The notes under the pieces are model-generated. The model saw nothing but the letters and a program-made list of their open reading frames with translations, had not been told where the DNA came from and searched no databases. Position numbers and translations under genes: made by a program. A stretch of DNA of 64,000 nucleotides from an uncultured delta proteobacterium (GTDB lineage: Bacteria; Desulfobacterota; Binatia; Binatales; Binataceae): contig CAWEEQ010000004.1 in the NCBI GenBank assembly GCA_963808235.1, positions 1,696,001 through 1,760,000 of the forward strand. The letters run 5' to 3'. Position 1 is the first letter of the stretch. The number at the start of each line of letters is the position of its first letter. Positions 1-9,048 of this stretch are shown one piece after another.

Positions 1-223
1 ACCGTTGGGCCGCGAGGCAGGCGGCTGGATACTCGTTGAGGGGACGAAAGAAGTGGTCGGTTGGAATGATACTGACTCCTGCGCGCCGGTCGCGAATCCC
101 CTTCGCGAGGGTCGACTTTCCCGCGCCCGCGGCGCCGTCGATGGCGACGAATAGCCGCTGCCCGTTCTTCATCTGGCTATCGATAAGCGAGCCGGCCGCG
201 CTAACCATGCGGTCGAGATTCAT
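1..223 (-). CDS. Uridine kinase-like P-loop kinase (5' part only, runs off window)
   Basis: Manual translation MNLDRMVS...FVAIDGAAGAGKSTLAKGI...IIPTDHFFRP: Walker A followed by a D-x-F-F motif typical of the uridine kinase family. Confidence 0.75.
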   Translation of the reverse strand, partial: MNLDRMVSAAGSLIDSQMKNGQRLFVAIDGAAGAGKSTLAKGIRDRRAGVSIIPTDHFFRPLNEYPAACLAAQR

Positions 224-369
224 CGCCTAACCTTTCGGTTCGTTTATCGGGGTCAATCCAAATAACAACCAAAGCTGCCCACCACCCTCTGTATATTTTG
301 CAATTCTGACACAAATCTGAAAGGGGCGGGCTTTGTACGACGCTGTTTTTTCTAGATTTTTAACCGCTT

Positions 370-396
370 TGAAACTGGCATTATCGATGCTTCGTA
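370..396 (+). promoter_or_regulatory. Candidate sigma54 -24/-12 promoter, overlapping an ECF-like TGAAAC-N17-CGTA
   Basis: CTGGCATTATCGATGCT with GG at 377-378 and GC at 389-390 (GG-N10-GC), about 70 bp upstream of the ATG at 458. Confidence 0.45.
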
Positions 397-457
397 GGTC
401 CTATGTGAGACGTATTCTCACGCCACTTTTCTTCGCTTATCGAGGAGGTAACCAGGA

Positions 458-775
458 ATGAAACTTCGGACAATACTCACCGCCGCGGCGCTGACGGCCA
501 TGTTTGCGATCGCGCCGGTGGTGGCACATGCTCACGACCACGATGGTGACTGGGACGACCATCACGTTTGGCACGACTCCGGGTGGTGGCACGACAATCG
601 CCCCGGGTGGGTCTGGCAACATCACCCCGAGTGGGCGGAGCGACACGACGAATGGCGTCGCAGCGATGGCGACTGGGATGACCATCATGTTTGGCGTGAC
701 CGCGGTTGGTGGTACGAAAACCATCCGGAATGGGTCCGCGAACATCATCATGACTGGGTCCGATGGCGTGACTAA
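458..775 (+). CDS. Secreted His/Trp/Asp-rich two-repeat protein
   Basis: Signal peptide ending AHA, purine-rich RBS, two copies of DGDWDDHHVWxDxGWWxxNxPxWVxxHHxxW. Confidence 0.85.
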   Translation: MKLRTILTAAALTAMFAIAPVVAHAHDHDGDWDDHHVWHDSGWWHDNRPGWVWQHHPEWAERHDEWRRSDGDWDDHHVWRDRGWWYENHPEWVREHHHDWVRWRD

Positions 776-794
776 CGAAAGTAGTCCGTTTTCG

Positions 795-878
795 TTTGCG
801 CGAGCGCGAACACGGGCTTGGAGCATCCGGGATAGTCCCGCGAGCGCTCCGGCCCCCGCGCCTCGCGCAAATTTTTTT
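795..878 (+). terminator. Long hairpin followed by T-tract (probable intrinsic terminator)
   Basis: TTTGCGCGAG.CGCG ... CGCGCCTCGCGCAAA followed by a run of T, directly after the 458-775 gene. Confidence 0.55.
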
Positions 879-999
879 ATACAGACCTTCGAGCCGGTTA
901 AGTTCGACGCCGGCCCGAGCGAGCGTCGCACCTCCCCTCAACCCCTCTGCTTGGACAAGGCGAGGAGATTTGGTAATTCCCGAAGCCGGGGAAACCGCG

Positions 1000-1530
1000 A
1001 TGAAAGAGTCCGATCCGCCGATTCGCAGTGATGCGGCGCCAAGGGCGAGCAGGCCGTTCATGCCCGGCTATGGAATCCTCGAAGCGAGCGGCGGACGTGG
1101 GCTGCTGCCGTGGAGTTGGGCGGTCGAGCGGCTTACCAGTTCACGCAACTATTGGGTCGCGACCACCTGGCCCGACGGACGGCCCCATTGCGTGCCGGTT
1201 TGGGGCGTATGGATCGACGGCGCGTTCTACTTCAGCAGCGGCGAGCAGTCGCGCAAGGCGCGCAATCTCAAGCTGAATCCACGCTGCGTGATATGCCCGG
1301 AGAATGGCGACGAAGCGATCTCGCTCGAAGGAGTTGCGGCGACGGTTTTGGACCCGGCGGCGATTACGAAATTCATCGCGGCTTACAACCCCAAGTACAA
1401 CTGGGATCTCACTCCAGAGACTGTGAAGGCGCTGGGACTCGTATTCGCGGTTCGTCCGCGCAAGGTCTTCGCATTCAATGACGCCCCGGGGGAGTTCCAG
1501 ACCACCGCGACGCGATGGGAATTTGACTGA
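1000..1530 (+). CDS. Pyridoxamine 5'-phosphate oxidase-like split-barrel flavin/F420-binding protein
   Basis: YWVATTWPDGRPHCVPVWGVW...SRKARNL..NPRC motif. Confidence 0.85.
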   Translation: MKESDPPIRSDAAPRASRPFMPGYGILEASGGRGLLPWSWAVERLTSSRNYWVATTWPDGRPHCVPVWGVWIDGAFYFSSGEQSRKARNLKLNPRCVICPENGDEAISLEGVAATVLDPAAITKFIAAYNPKYNWDLTPETVKALGLVFAVRPRKVFAFNDAPGEFQTTATRWEFD

Positions 1531-1555
1531 GCATCGCGCAATCGGGTGACTTCGC

Positions 1556-2341
1556 TCAGCCCTTGTTGTACTCGTCGTGGCGGCGCCACCAGTAACCTGT
1601 CTCGTTGCGCCCCTTGGGGGCGCGGTCCAGCCACTGGTACGCTCCCCAGAGAATGTCCAGCCCGCGCGCATAGGTGGAATAACTGTGGTAGATGATTCCG
1701 TCCTCGAGCACGAACGCGCTCATGCCCGGCCTCTCGCGCGCGTAGGTGGCCACGTCGGTGCCGGTCATGGCAGCGCCCTTAGCGGCGCCCTCGGGTGTCG
1801 CGTGCGAGGGTATTCCCTCGCCGCCGCGTGACTGCAACGCCGCCTGGCGCCGGTAGTTGTATTCGACGGCCCCCGCGCGCTGTTGCTCTTCGGTGAGCGA
1901 GACGTTGAAGTCGAAGTTGAAGTCGCCGCCGAAGGAGGACGCCCAGGGAAACGTCCACCCCATCCGCCGCTTGTACGCATTCAGCTTTGCAAGCGGCGCC
2001 CGCGACACCGCCGAAAGCGTGACGCCGTGGTTGGCCAGGTGGACGACGTAGTGGTCGAAACCGTCCGCGATCGCCGAGCAGGACGGACACCCCGCCGTGT
2101 AGTCGGGCCCGAACATGAAGTGGTAGAGGAGGAGCTGCGAGCGCCCTCGGAAGAGGTCTGCCAGCGAGGCGCTCCCGTCGTCGGTCTCGAATCGATACGT
2201 TTTGTCGATCGGGACCCACGGCAGTTCCTGACGTCGCCGCGCCAACTCGTCGCTGCGCCGTGTTAGCTCCTTCTCTTCCTTGAGCAGCTCGAGCCGGGCT
2301 GCAAGCCACTCTTCGCGTGTCCCGGTGATGTGCTTCGTCAT
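1556..2341 (-). CDS. DUF899 family thioredoxin-like protein
   Basis: REEWLAARLELLKEEKELTRR, YHFMFGP...GCPSCS, YSTYARG, WLDRAPKGRNE. Confidence 0.92.
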   Translation of the reverse strand: MTKHITGTREEWLAARLELLKEEKELTRRSDELARRRQELPWVPIDKTYRFETDDGSASLADLFRGRSQLLLYHFMFGPDYTAGCPSCSAIADGFDHYVVHLANHGVTLSAVSRAPLAKLNAYKRRMGWTFPWASSFGGDFNFDFNVSLTEEQQRAGAVEYNYRRQAALQSRGGEGIPSHATPEGAAKGAAMTGTDVATYARERPGMSAFVLEDGIIYHSYSTYARGLDILWGAYQWLDRAPKGRNETGYWWRRHDEYNKG

Positions 2342-2421
2342 TGTTCTCTCCTTCAGTAATTATGCCCGGAGAATCGCGACGAGGCGATTTCGCTTGAAGG
2401 AGTTGCGGACGGCGTCGGCCG

Positions 2422-2862
2422 TTACGACGCGTGCGAGTGCGACGGCCCGCGGTGACGAGTGCCGCCCGCGTTGCGCAGGCTAGACAATGCGCGATGCCGG
2501 CGCATCTGGTAACGGCGCGACGGGAGATCGTGGATTGTTATGATCTCGAGCCGGGCAAGCAGGCGATGCGACTCGATCCCGAGCGCATCGCATAGATTCT
2601 CGAAACTGAAGACTCCCGCGCGTCCCGCAACCGCGCTGCCCTTATTCTCAAACCAGTTTCTGACCTCAACGAACTCTCGCTTGCGCTCGCGCTCGGTCGC
2701 GCCTGCGTTTCTGAGATAGCAGCGGATCGCGTCTTCCAGAACCGCCATCAGGAGCTTGAGTTCCCCCTCGAGGGTACTGTTTCGGCGGACCAGGTCGGTA
2801 TATTGCGCGGGCATCAGGATTCCCGCGTCGGGTGTCGTTTCCACTCGCTGATTGTGGCGCAT
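2422..2862 (-). CDS. Hypothetical protein
   Basis: Coding-like ORF with ILMPAQY...LKLLMAVLEDAIRCY...VRNWF...FSFENLCDALGIE; start codon uncertain. Confidence 0.75.
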   Translation of the reverse strand: MRHNQRVETTPDAGILMPAQYTDLVRRNSTLEGELKLLMAVLEDAIRCYLRNAGATERERKREFVEVRNWFENKGSAVAGRAGVFSFENLCDALGIESHRLLARLEIITIHDLPSRRYQMRRHRALSSLRNAGGTRHRGPSHSHAS

Positions 2863-2901
2863 AGATGTTTCGGGAGAATTAACTCTGAGGGCGCGATCCA
2901 T

Positions 2902-2961
2902 GAACTACACGACTTGGGACCACATGACTTGGAATTACACGACGTGGAATTACATGACGTG
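2902..2961. repeat. Four degenerate 15-bp tandem repeats spanning the stop codon of the RMD1-like gene
   Basis: GAACTACACGACTTG / GGACCACATGACTTG / GAATTACACGACGTG / GAATTACATGACGTG. Confidence 0.85.
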
Positions 2962-3774
2962 CGGTACCTCGAGGATCACTTCCAGCAGGATCAGCAGCAC
3001 CACCACGACTTCGAGCACTACCAGACGGCGATCGCGCGCGACGTCGAGCACGAGGACCAGCGATTCCTGGATACTCTGCAGCTTGCTGGTCAGCGCCGCG
3101 TAGCGATCGACGAGATCGAACTCACCGCGCAGCTCGTCGTAGATTCGGTCCATCGCAGGGTCGTCCCACGCAGCGTCGGGCTTGTCGAGCAGATGCAGGA
3201 CGGCGAGGACCTCGGTGCGGGTGGAGATCGCCTCACCGATAAATCGATGCATGGGGCGAACTCGGAACGGCACGGTGCCGCGCGATTCGAGGCGCTCGAC
3301 CAGCTCCGCGGTGCGGAGAAATAGATTTTCGACAATTTGCTCGTAGTATTCCATCGCCGCACTCTGCGCGACGATTAGCGCGACGATTCCCGCGCGCGCG
3401 GGAGTGAGCTTGTCGACCCGCAGCATCCCCTCGTCGGAGATGCCGATTTGGGCATCGGCATCCTCGAGCACCGAGTATTCCTCACGGATGACCTTGGTCG
3501 TCAGCTTGGGCAGGACTTGCGTGAGCCGCGCAAGGACGCGTTCGCGATGCTCCGCGGGGACATCGTGGGTGACGATCGCACCGAAAGGAAAAATATACAG
3601 CCCGCCCTCCGGCTCGATTGGGACAAAGAGCTCGAGCGGCGAACTCCGCGCCTCAGGAAAAGAGCGGCTCATCTGGCGCAGCGAGAAATTCTCCTCGAAT
3701 GCGGCCGCATAGAACTGATGAATCCGGCTCGGCAAATCCTGTGCTCCTGATGTTCGCACTCGCTCGACAGTCAC
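2950..3774 (-). CDS. RMD1/DUF155 family protein
   Basis: IFPFGAIV, AQSAAMEYYE, LLDKPDAAWDDP, C-terminal LEVVVVLLILLEV transmembrane helix; GTG start inferred. Confidence 0.85.
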   Translation of the reverse strand: MTVERVRTSGAQDLPSRIHQFYAAAFEENFSLRQMSRSFPEARSSPLELFVPIEPEGGLYIFPFGAIVTHDVPAEHRERVLARLTQVLPKLTTKVIREEYSVLEDADAQIGISDEGMLRVDKLTPARAGIVALIVAQSAAMEYYEQIVENLFLRTAELVERLESRGTVPFRVRPMHRFIGEAISTRTEVLAVLHLLDKPDAAWDDPAMDRIYDELRGEFDLVDRYAALTSKLQSIQESLVLVLDVARDRRLVVLEVVVVLLILLEVILEVPHVM

Positions 3775-3802
3775 TCGTCTATCTGTCAATAGTTTCAGCC
3801 CC

Positions 3803-5578
3803 ATGGCGTCGAGGAAAGCGTTTCCGAATCGCGCTGTCGCCGCGTCCGCAGCATGTATCCTGATATGCATATTTCTGATCGGGCAGGCCGATGCGCAAGA
3901 TTCCTCCAGGCGTGTGGCGAGATCCGGGTCCACCACGGATTCGGCATTCAAGGCGCAAACGCACGAATTCATCGAAGAGGATTTGCGGCTTTTCCCGCAG
4001 CGTGCGACTGCGCTCGGCGATCATAGATACGACAATCGGCTCAATGATCTCTCCGCGGACGGCTTCGACCGGGTTCTCGTCCATGCCAGAAAGTGGCTGA
4101 AGACGTTCGGCGGTGACAATCCGCGCGACCTGTCGCCCGCAAATGAAGCGGATCGCGAATGGCTGATGGCGGATATCGATGGCGATTTGCTCGATATCGA
4201 ACAGCTTCGCAGCTACCAGCGCGATCCTGGAATGTATTTGCCGACGGCGGCGGTGAACAACCTCGTCAAGCGCGACTTCGCGCCGCTCGCAACCAGGATG
4301 AACTCGGTGACGGCGCGCGAAATCGCCGCGCTCAAAAATCTCGAAGCGGCACGGCGCAATCTGAAGCCCGCGCTGGCGCCAAAAGTCACCATCGACATCG
4401 CGCTGCAGCAGATGCCGGCGACGCTCGGCTTCTTCCGCGATGACGTGCCAGCCGCGTTCGCGAAAGTCGCCGAGGGTCCCGACAAGCGAGCATTCGTACA
4501 GGCGAATGCAAGCCTGGTCGCGGCGATCGAAGACTACGCGCGATGGCTCAAGAGCGATCTCATGCCCACGGCCTCGGGCGACTATGCAATCGGCGCCGAC
4601 GCGTACCGCAGAATGCTGAACGACGCCGACATGGTCGACCTGCCGCTCGAGAAACTCGAACAAGTCGGGGAGACCGAACTCGTGCGGCTTCGCGATGACT
4701 TCCGCAAGACCGCGGCGCTGATCGATCCGACGCGCTCGCCGGCAGAAGTGATGGAATCACTCACGCGGGCTCATCCCGACACGGCGCACGTCATTCCAAC
4801 TGTGGCCGCAGGCCTCTCCGACATTCGCGCATACGTTCTCGCGCATCATCTCGCCACAATCCCGTCGGATATCCTGCCGATGGTACGTGAAACTCCGCCG
4901 TACGCTCGCGCGACCACGTTCGCCTCGATGGATTCGCCGGGACCATTCGAAAAAACAAGTGAGGCATTTTATTACGTCACGCTTCCCGATCCGTCGTGGC
5001 CCGATGCGAAAAAAGAGCAGCTGCTCGCGTTCTATTCGGCGCCAAGTATTTCGGACACCTCGGTGCACGAAGTCTATCCGGGTCATTACGTGCAGTTTCT
5101 CAACAACCGGATGAATCCAGACGTGGTCCGCCAGGTTTACCATTCGGGCGCCGAGGTCGAAGGATGGGGACTTTACTGCGAGCAGATGATGCTCGACGAG
5201 GGACTTCATGGGAGCGATCCGAAATACCGCCTGGCGCAGTTGCAAATGGCGCTGATGCGCGCGTGCCGGTACCTGGTCGGAATCAGGATGCATACGCAGG
5301 GTATGACGGTGGACCAGGCGGCAAAGTTCTTCGAGGACAATGCTTACCAGACTCCGCATAACGCGATGGTCGAAGCGCTGCGCGGGACCGAAGACCCCGG
5401 CTATCTGCGTTACCAGTTGGGCAAGTTGATGATTCTGAAGTTGCGCGAGGACGTCCGCAAACAGCAAGGCGCTGCATTCGACCTCGGTAAATTTCACGAC
5501 GCGTTTCTGCGCCAAGGCGCGATTCCGGTCAAGCTTATCCGCCGCGCGATGCTCGGAAACGACGGTCCCCTGCTCTAG
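3803..5578 (+). CDS. DUF885 family secreted protein (metallopeptidase-like)
   Basis: Signal peptide, HEVYPGHYVQ and EGWGLYCE motifs, FDLGKFHDAFL C-terminus. Confidence 0.9.
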   Translation: MASRKAFPNRAVAASAACILICIFLIGQADAQDSSRRVARSGSTTDSAFKAQTHEFIEEDLRLFPQRATALGDHRYDNRLNDLSADGFDRVLVHARKWLKTFGGDNPRDLSPANEADREWLMADIDGDLLDIEQLRSYQRDPGMYLPTAAVNNLVKRDFAPLATRMNSVTAREIAALKNLEAARRNLKPALAPKVTIDIALQQMPATLGFFRDDVPAAFAKVAEGPDKRAFVQANASLVAAIEDYARWLKSDLMPTASGDYAIGADAYRRMLNDADMVDLPLEKLEQVGETELVRLRDDFRKTAALIDPTRSPAEVMESLTRAHPDTAHVIPTVAAGLSDIRAYVLAHHLATIPSDILPMVRETPPYARATTFASMDSPGPFEKTSEAFYYVTLPDPSWPDAKKEQLLAFYSAPSISDTSVHEVYPGHYVQFLNNRMNPDVVRQVYHSGAEVEGWGLYCEQMMLDEGLHGSDPKYRLAQLQMALMRACRYLVGIRMHTQGMTVDQAAKFFEDNAYQTPHNAMVEALRGTEDPGYLRYQLGKLMILKLREDVRKQQGAAFDLGKFHDAFLRQGAIPVKLIRRAMLGNDGPLL

Positions 5579-6357
5579 CTCGCCGCTGCCGCTCGCATCA
5601 GAGTCAACAGTCCGACGATCAGCAGCACACTGCTGAAGTACAATCGCGCGTGGCGCTCGGAGGGCAGCATCTGGGCAAACTGCGGGCCGATCTGTCCTCC
5701 AATCACGACCGCAGGGATCGCCCAGATTGTGATTGCGATTATCTGCGGCAAATCGCTGCGAAGCTCTGCAACCAACGACGGACGCATCCGGCCGATCGCC
5801 GACGCCATGCTGGTAAAGAAGATAATCATCACAAGCGAGCCGATTGCCGCGCCGGGCGTGCGACTCGATCGATGGCGGATAACGGAAGGCATCGCGAGAA
5901 TTCCGATGCCGATCGAGATGAGCCCGGTAAGCGCGCCACCGACGAGCGCGATTGAAGCGGGCACGCGGTCGTGGCGGATGCCCTCGGCACGCATGCCGAG
6001 CGCACGAGCGCCGATCACGACGCTGTACACAATCAGAAACGCACCGAAGAGTGCGACCAGGATTGCTTGATTGACGAATGCTGACGCCCAGCCGCCGGCT
6101 ATCGCCGCAGGTATCGCGAACACCAGGTAGCGGCGCACCAATGGGCCATCGTAGCTGCGATCGCGCCAGTTGCGAATCACGCCGCTGCCGAATCCGAAGA
6201 GCATAGTAAGCAGGCCGAGCCAGAACGCGAGCGGCGCATCGAGTTTGAGCCAGAGCAAATATACCGGCACCCACAACGTCGCGCCGGACACGCCCGCGGA
6301 CATCACGAGTGTGCCGATCGCGATGCCGACGGGGAGCAGGAACCAGTAGTGGAGCAA
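5575..6357 (-). CDS. Sulfite exporter TauE/SafE family membrane protein
   Basis: About 8 TM helices; GVSGATLWVP and GLISIGIG repeats. Confidence 0.85.
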   Translation of the reverse strand: MLHYWFLLPVGIAIGTLVMSAGVSGATLWVPVYLLWLKLDAPLAFWLGLLTMLFGFGSGVIRNWRDRSYDGPLVRRYLVFAIPAAIAGGWASAFVNQAILVALFGAFLIVYSVVIGARALGMRAEGIRHDRVPASIALVGGALTGLISIGIGILAMPSVIRHRSSRTPGAAIGSLVMIIFFTSMASAIGRMRPSLVAELRSDLPQIIAITIWAIPAVVIGGQIGPQFAQMLPSERHARLYFSSVLLIVGLLTLMRAAAAS

Positions 6358-6424
6358 GAAGGTTTCGACTAAGCCGGGCGAGCGCCGCGCGCCAGACGCT
6401 TCGTACCTCAGTAAAACGCGAACT

Positions 6425-7027
6425 CTACAGCGACGCCTTGATCGGACGGCCGGCGATCACCTCGTCGATGAGTCCGTACTCGACCGCCTGCGCCGCAGAC
6501 ATGAAGTTGTCGCGGTCGGTGTCTTTCTCGATCTTCTTCACGTTCTGGCCGGTGTGATGCGCCAGGATCTCGTTCAGGATCTCGCGCAGGCGAAGCGCCT
6601 CACGCGCGTGAATCTCGATATCGCTCGCCTGCCCTTCGAATCCGCCGGAGACCTGATGAATCAGAATCCGCGAATGCGGCAGCGAGTAGCGCCTGCCCTT
6701 GGCGCCTGCGCAAAGCAGCAGCGAGCCCATGCTGGCGGCTTGCCCCACGCATAGGGTCGAGACCGGCGGCTTCACGAATTGCATCGTGTCGTAAATCGCC
6801 AGACCCGCAGTGACCGAACCGCCCGGCGAGTTGATATACATATTGATCTCGCGTTCGGGATCTTCGGATTCGAGAAACAGGAGTTGCGCGGTGACCAGGT
6901 TAGCGACGTCATCGGTGACGGTGCCGCCCAGGAATACGATTCTGTCCTTGAGCAGCCTCGAGTAGATGTCGTAAGAGCGCTCGCCGCGTCCGGTCTGCTC
7001 GACTACATATGGAACCAGTACACTCAT
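6425..7027 (-). CDS. clpP: ATP-dependent Clp protease proteolytic subunit
   Basis: [34 protein letters not shown]. Confidence 0.98.
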   Translation of the reverse strand: MSVLVPYVVEQTGRGERSYDIYSRLLKDRIVFLGGTVTDDVANLVTAQLLFLESEDPEREINMYINSPGGSVTAGLAIYDTMQFVKPPVSTLCVGQAASMGSLLLCAGAKGRRYSLPHSRILIHQVSGGFEGQASDIEIHAREALRLREILNEILAHHTGQNVKKIEKDTDRDNFMSAAQAVEYGLIDEVIAGRPIKASL

Positions 7028-7063
7028 GAATACCAAGGTACTATTTGGATACAGCTATAGGAA

Positions 7064-7600
7064 GTGGCGATGAGGTTCAAAAGGAATAGCCCGCTCTGGC
7101 AACGATCGTTGATGCTCGCGTCGGCGATGTTCTGGCCGTTGATGTGCGTTGCGAAGGCATCGGCGGCGCCGCCGATGGACAAGCACTACTATTTGCCCGA
7201 TGCGGCAGGATCGAAGATTGTGTCGGTCTCCAAGGAAGGGAAGCCGGAGGCGGAAGTGATCGTGCTGACCGAGGCGGTTGCGATCAAGGAAACCGGCCCG
7301 AAAGAGACGGTTGCGAAGTTCGGCGAGGTCTACGCGTTCTCGCCCACGTTTATCGCGGTTCGGCGCGAGCAGCCCACGATGCTGACATTTTGGAATCTGC
7401 AGCCCGACGACGAGCATGACTTCATGCTCACGGCGCCCGACTCGCGCGTGCTGATGCATCTGAAACTGCTACCGCTGACGAAGACCTCGTACGTATTCAC
7501 GTTTCACGAGGAGGGAATCTTCAGCTTCTACTGCGCGGTGCATCAGCCGGAGATGAACGGGCAGATCCTCGTACTGCCTGCCGCGCAAGCGAAAAACTAG
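7064..7600 (+). CDS. Secreted cupredoxin-domain protein
   Basis: Signal peptide; type-1 copper ligands EHDF ... FYCAVHQPEMNG. Confidence 0.85.
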   Translation: MAMRFKRNSPLWQRSLMLASAMFWPLMCVAKASAAPPMDKHYYLPDAAGSKIVSVSKEGKPEAEVIVLTEAVAIKETGPKETVAKFGEVYAFSPTFIAVRREQPTMLTFWNLQPDDEHDFMLTAPDSRVLMHLKLLPLTKTSYVFTFHEEGIFSFYCAVHQPEMNGQILVLPAAQAKN

Positions 7601-9048
7601 CGTGCGGATTCGATCGGGCGGACTGCGGCGTTCAGGCGATCGACGGTGCGGCGCTTGCCGAGGACTCCGATCACTTCGTAGATCCCGGGGCTCACGGTGC
7701 CGCCGGTGATCGCGACGCGGACCGGCTGCGCGAGCTGTCCGAGCTTCAAGTTGAATCGGGCGAGCACGTCCTCGAAGACCGCCTGCGCCGACGCTTCCGA
7801 GAGTTCGCCTTCGTGCGCTTCGACCGCCTCGGCCAGCGCGCGCATCGGTTCCAGGATCTCGGGCTTCAGGAACTTGGCCGCCGCCTTTGGATCGATCTCG
7901 ATTTGATCCTTCAAATAGAACGACGCGAAGTCGGCCAGCTCGAGCAGCGTTTTGGCGCGCTCGCGCAGCGTCGCGAGCATTTTTTCGAGCCATGCGTCGT
8001 CGCCGGGAATAGGAAATCCGCGCTTCTCGATGAACGGCCGGACCTCGTGCGCGAGCTGCGCGAGCGGACGTTCCTTCATGTAATGGAAATTCAGCCACAG
8101 CAATTTTTCAGGATTGAAAATGCCGGGCGATTTGCCGCATGCGTCGAAGTCGAAGAACTCGACCAGCTCGGGCTTCGAAAAGATCTCCTGATCGCCGTGC
8201 GACCATCCGAGCCGCGCCAGGTAGTTGAGCATCGCCTCCGGAAAATACCCGCCGGCGCGATACTCGCTCACCGAGGTCGCGCCGTGGCGCTTTGAGAGCC
8301 GCTCGCCGTCACTGCCGAGCACTTGCGGCAGATGCGCAAATGCGGGCGGCGTGAATCCGAGCGCCAGCGAAATCTGGATTTGCCGCGGCGTATTCGTCAC
8401 ATGATCGTCGCCGCGAACGACGTGCGTCACCTTGAAGTCTGCCTCGTCGACGACGGTCGTGTAGTTGTAGGTCGGCGCGCCATCGGATCGCATAATGATC
8501 AGATCGTCGAGCTCGGCATTGTCGAACACGGTGCGGCCGCGGACCAAGTCGTCGAGAACCGTTTCACCCGCCAGAGGCATCGCAAAACGAATCGAATAAT
8601 TGCGGCCGTCCGCGCGATCGGGAAGCGAGAGGTCGAGCGGAAAATCGAGCCCGCGGCATTTGCGATCGTAAACCGGCTTGCGATGCTCCTTCTGCGCCGC
8701 TTTGCGCTTGGCGTCGAGTTCCTCGGGCGTGCAGTAGCAGGGATACGCCTTGCGCTCGCGCAGCAACTGGCGCGCGCATTCGCGATAGCGGTCGCTCCGG
8801 TTCGATTCGAAATAGCGCGGGTCGGGCGGACCCTCGTCCCATTCCATGCCGAGCCATTTCAGATCGGCCAGGATCTCTTCGAGCGATTCGGCCGTCGACC
8901 GCACGCGGTCGGTATCGTCGATCCGCAGGATGAACTGGCCGTGGGTGTGGCGCGCGTACAGATATGCGAACAGGCCCGAACGAACGTTGCCGATATGCAG
9001 CGAGCCGGTCGGACTCGGCGCGAAACGAGTGCGGACGGCCACTGTCAT
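7597..9048 (-). CDS. gltX: Glutamate--tRNA ligase
   Basis: RFAPSPTG, HIGN, LSKRHG motifs and anticodon-binding domain. Confidence 0.97.
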   Translation of the reverse strand: MTVAVRTRFAPSPTGSLHIGNVRSGLFAYLYARHTHGQFILRIDDTDRVRSTAESLEEILADLKWLGMEWDEGPPDPRYFESNRSDRYRECARQLLRERKAYPCYCTPEELDAKRKAAQKEHRKPVYDRKCRGLDFPLDLSLPDRADGRNYSIRFAMPLAGETVLDDLVRGRTVFDNAELDDLIIMRSDGAPTYNYTTVVDEADFKVTHVVRGDDHVTNTPRQIQISLALGFTPPAFAHLPQVLGSDGERLSKRHGATSVSEYRAGGYFPEAMLNYLARLGWSHGDQEIFSKPELVEFFDFDACGKSPGIFNPEKLLWLNFHYMKERPLAQLAHEVRPFIEKRGFPIPGDDAWLEKMLATLRERAKTLLELADFASFYLKDQIEIDPKAAAKFLKPEILEPMRALAEAVEAHEGELSEASAQAVFEDVLARFNLKLGQLAQPVRVAITGGTVSPGIYEVIGVLGKRRTVDRLNAAVRPIESAR

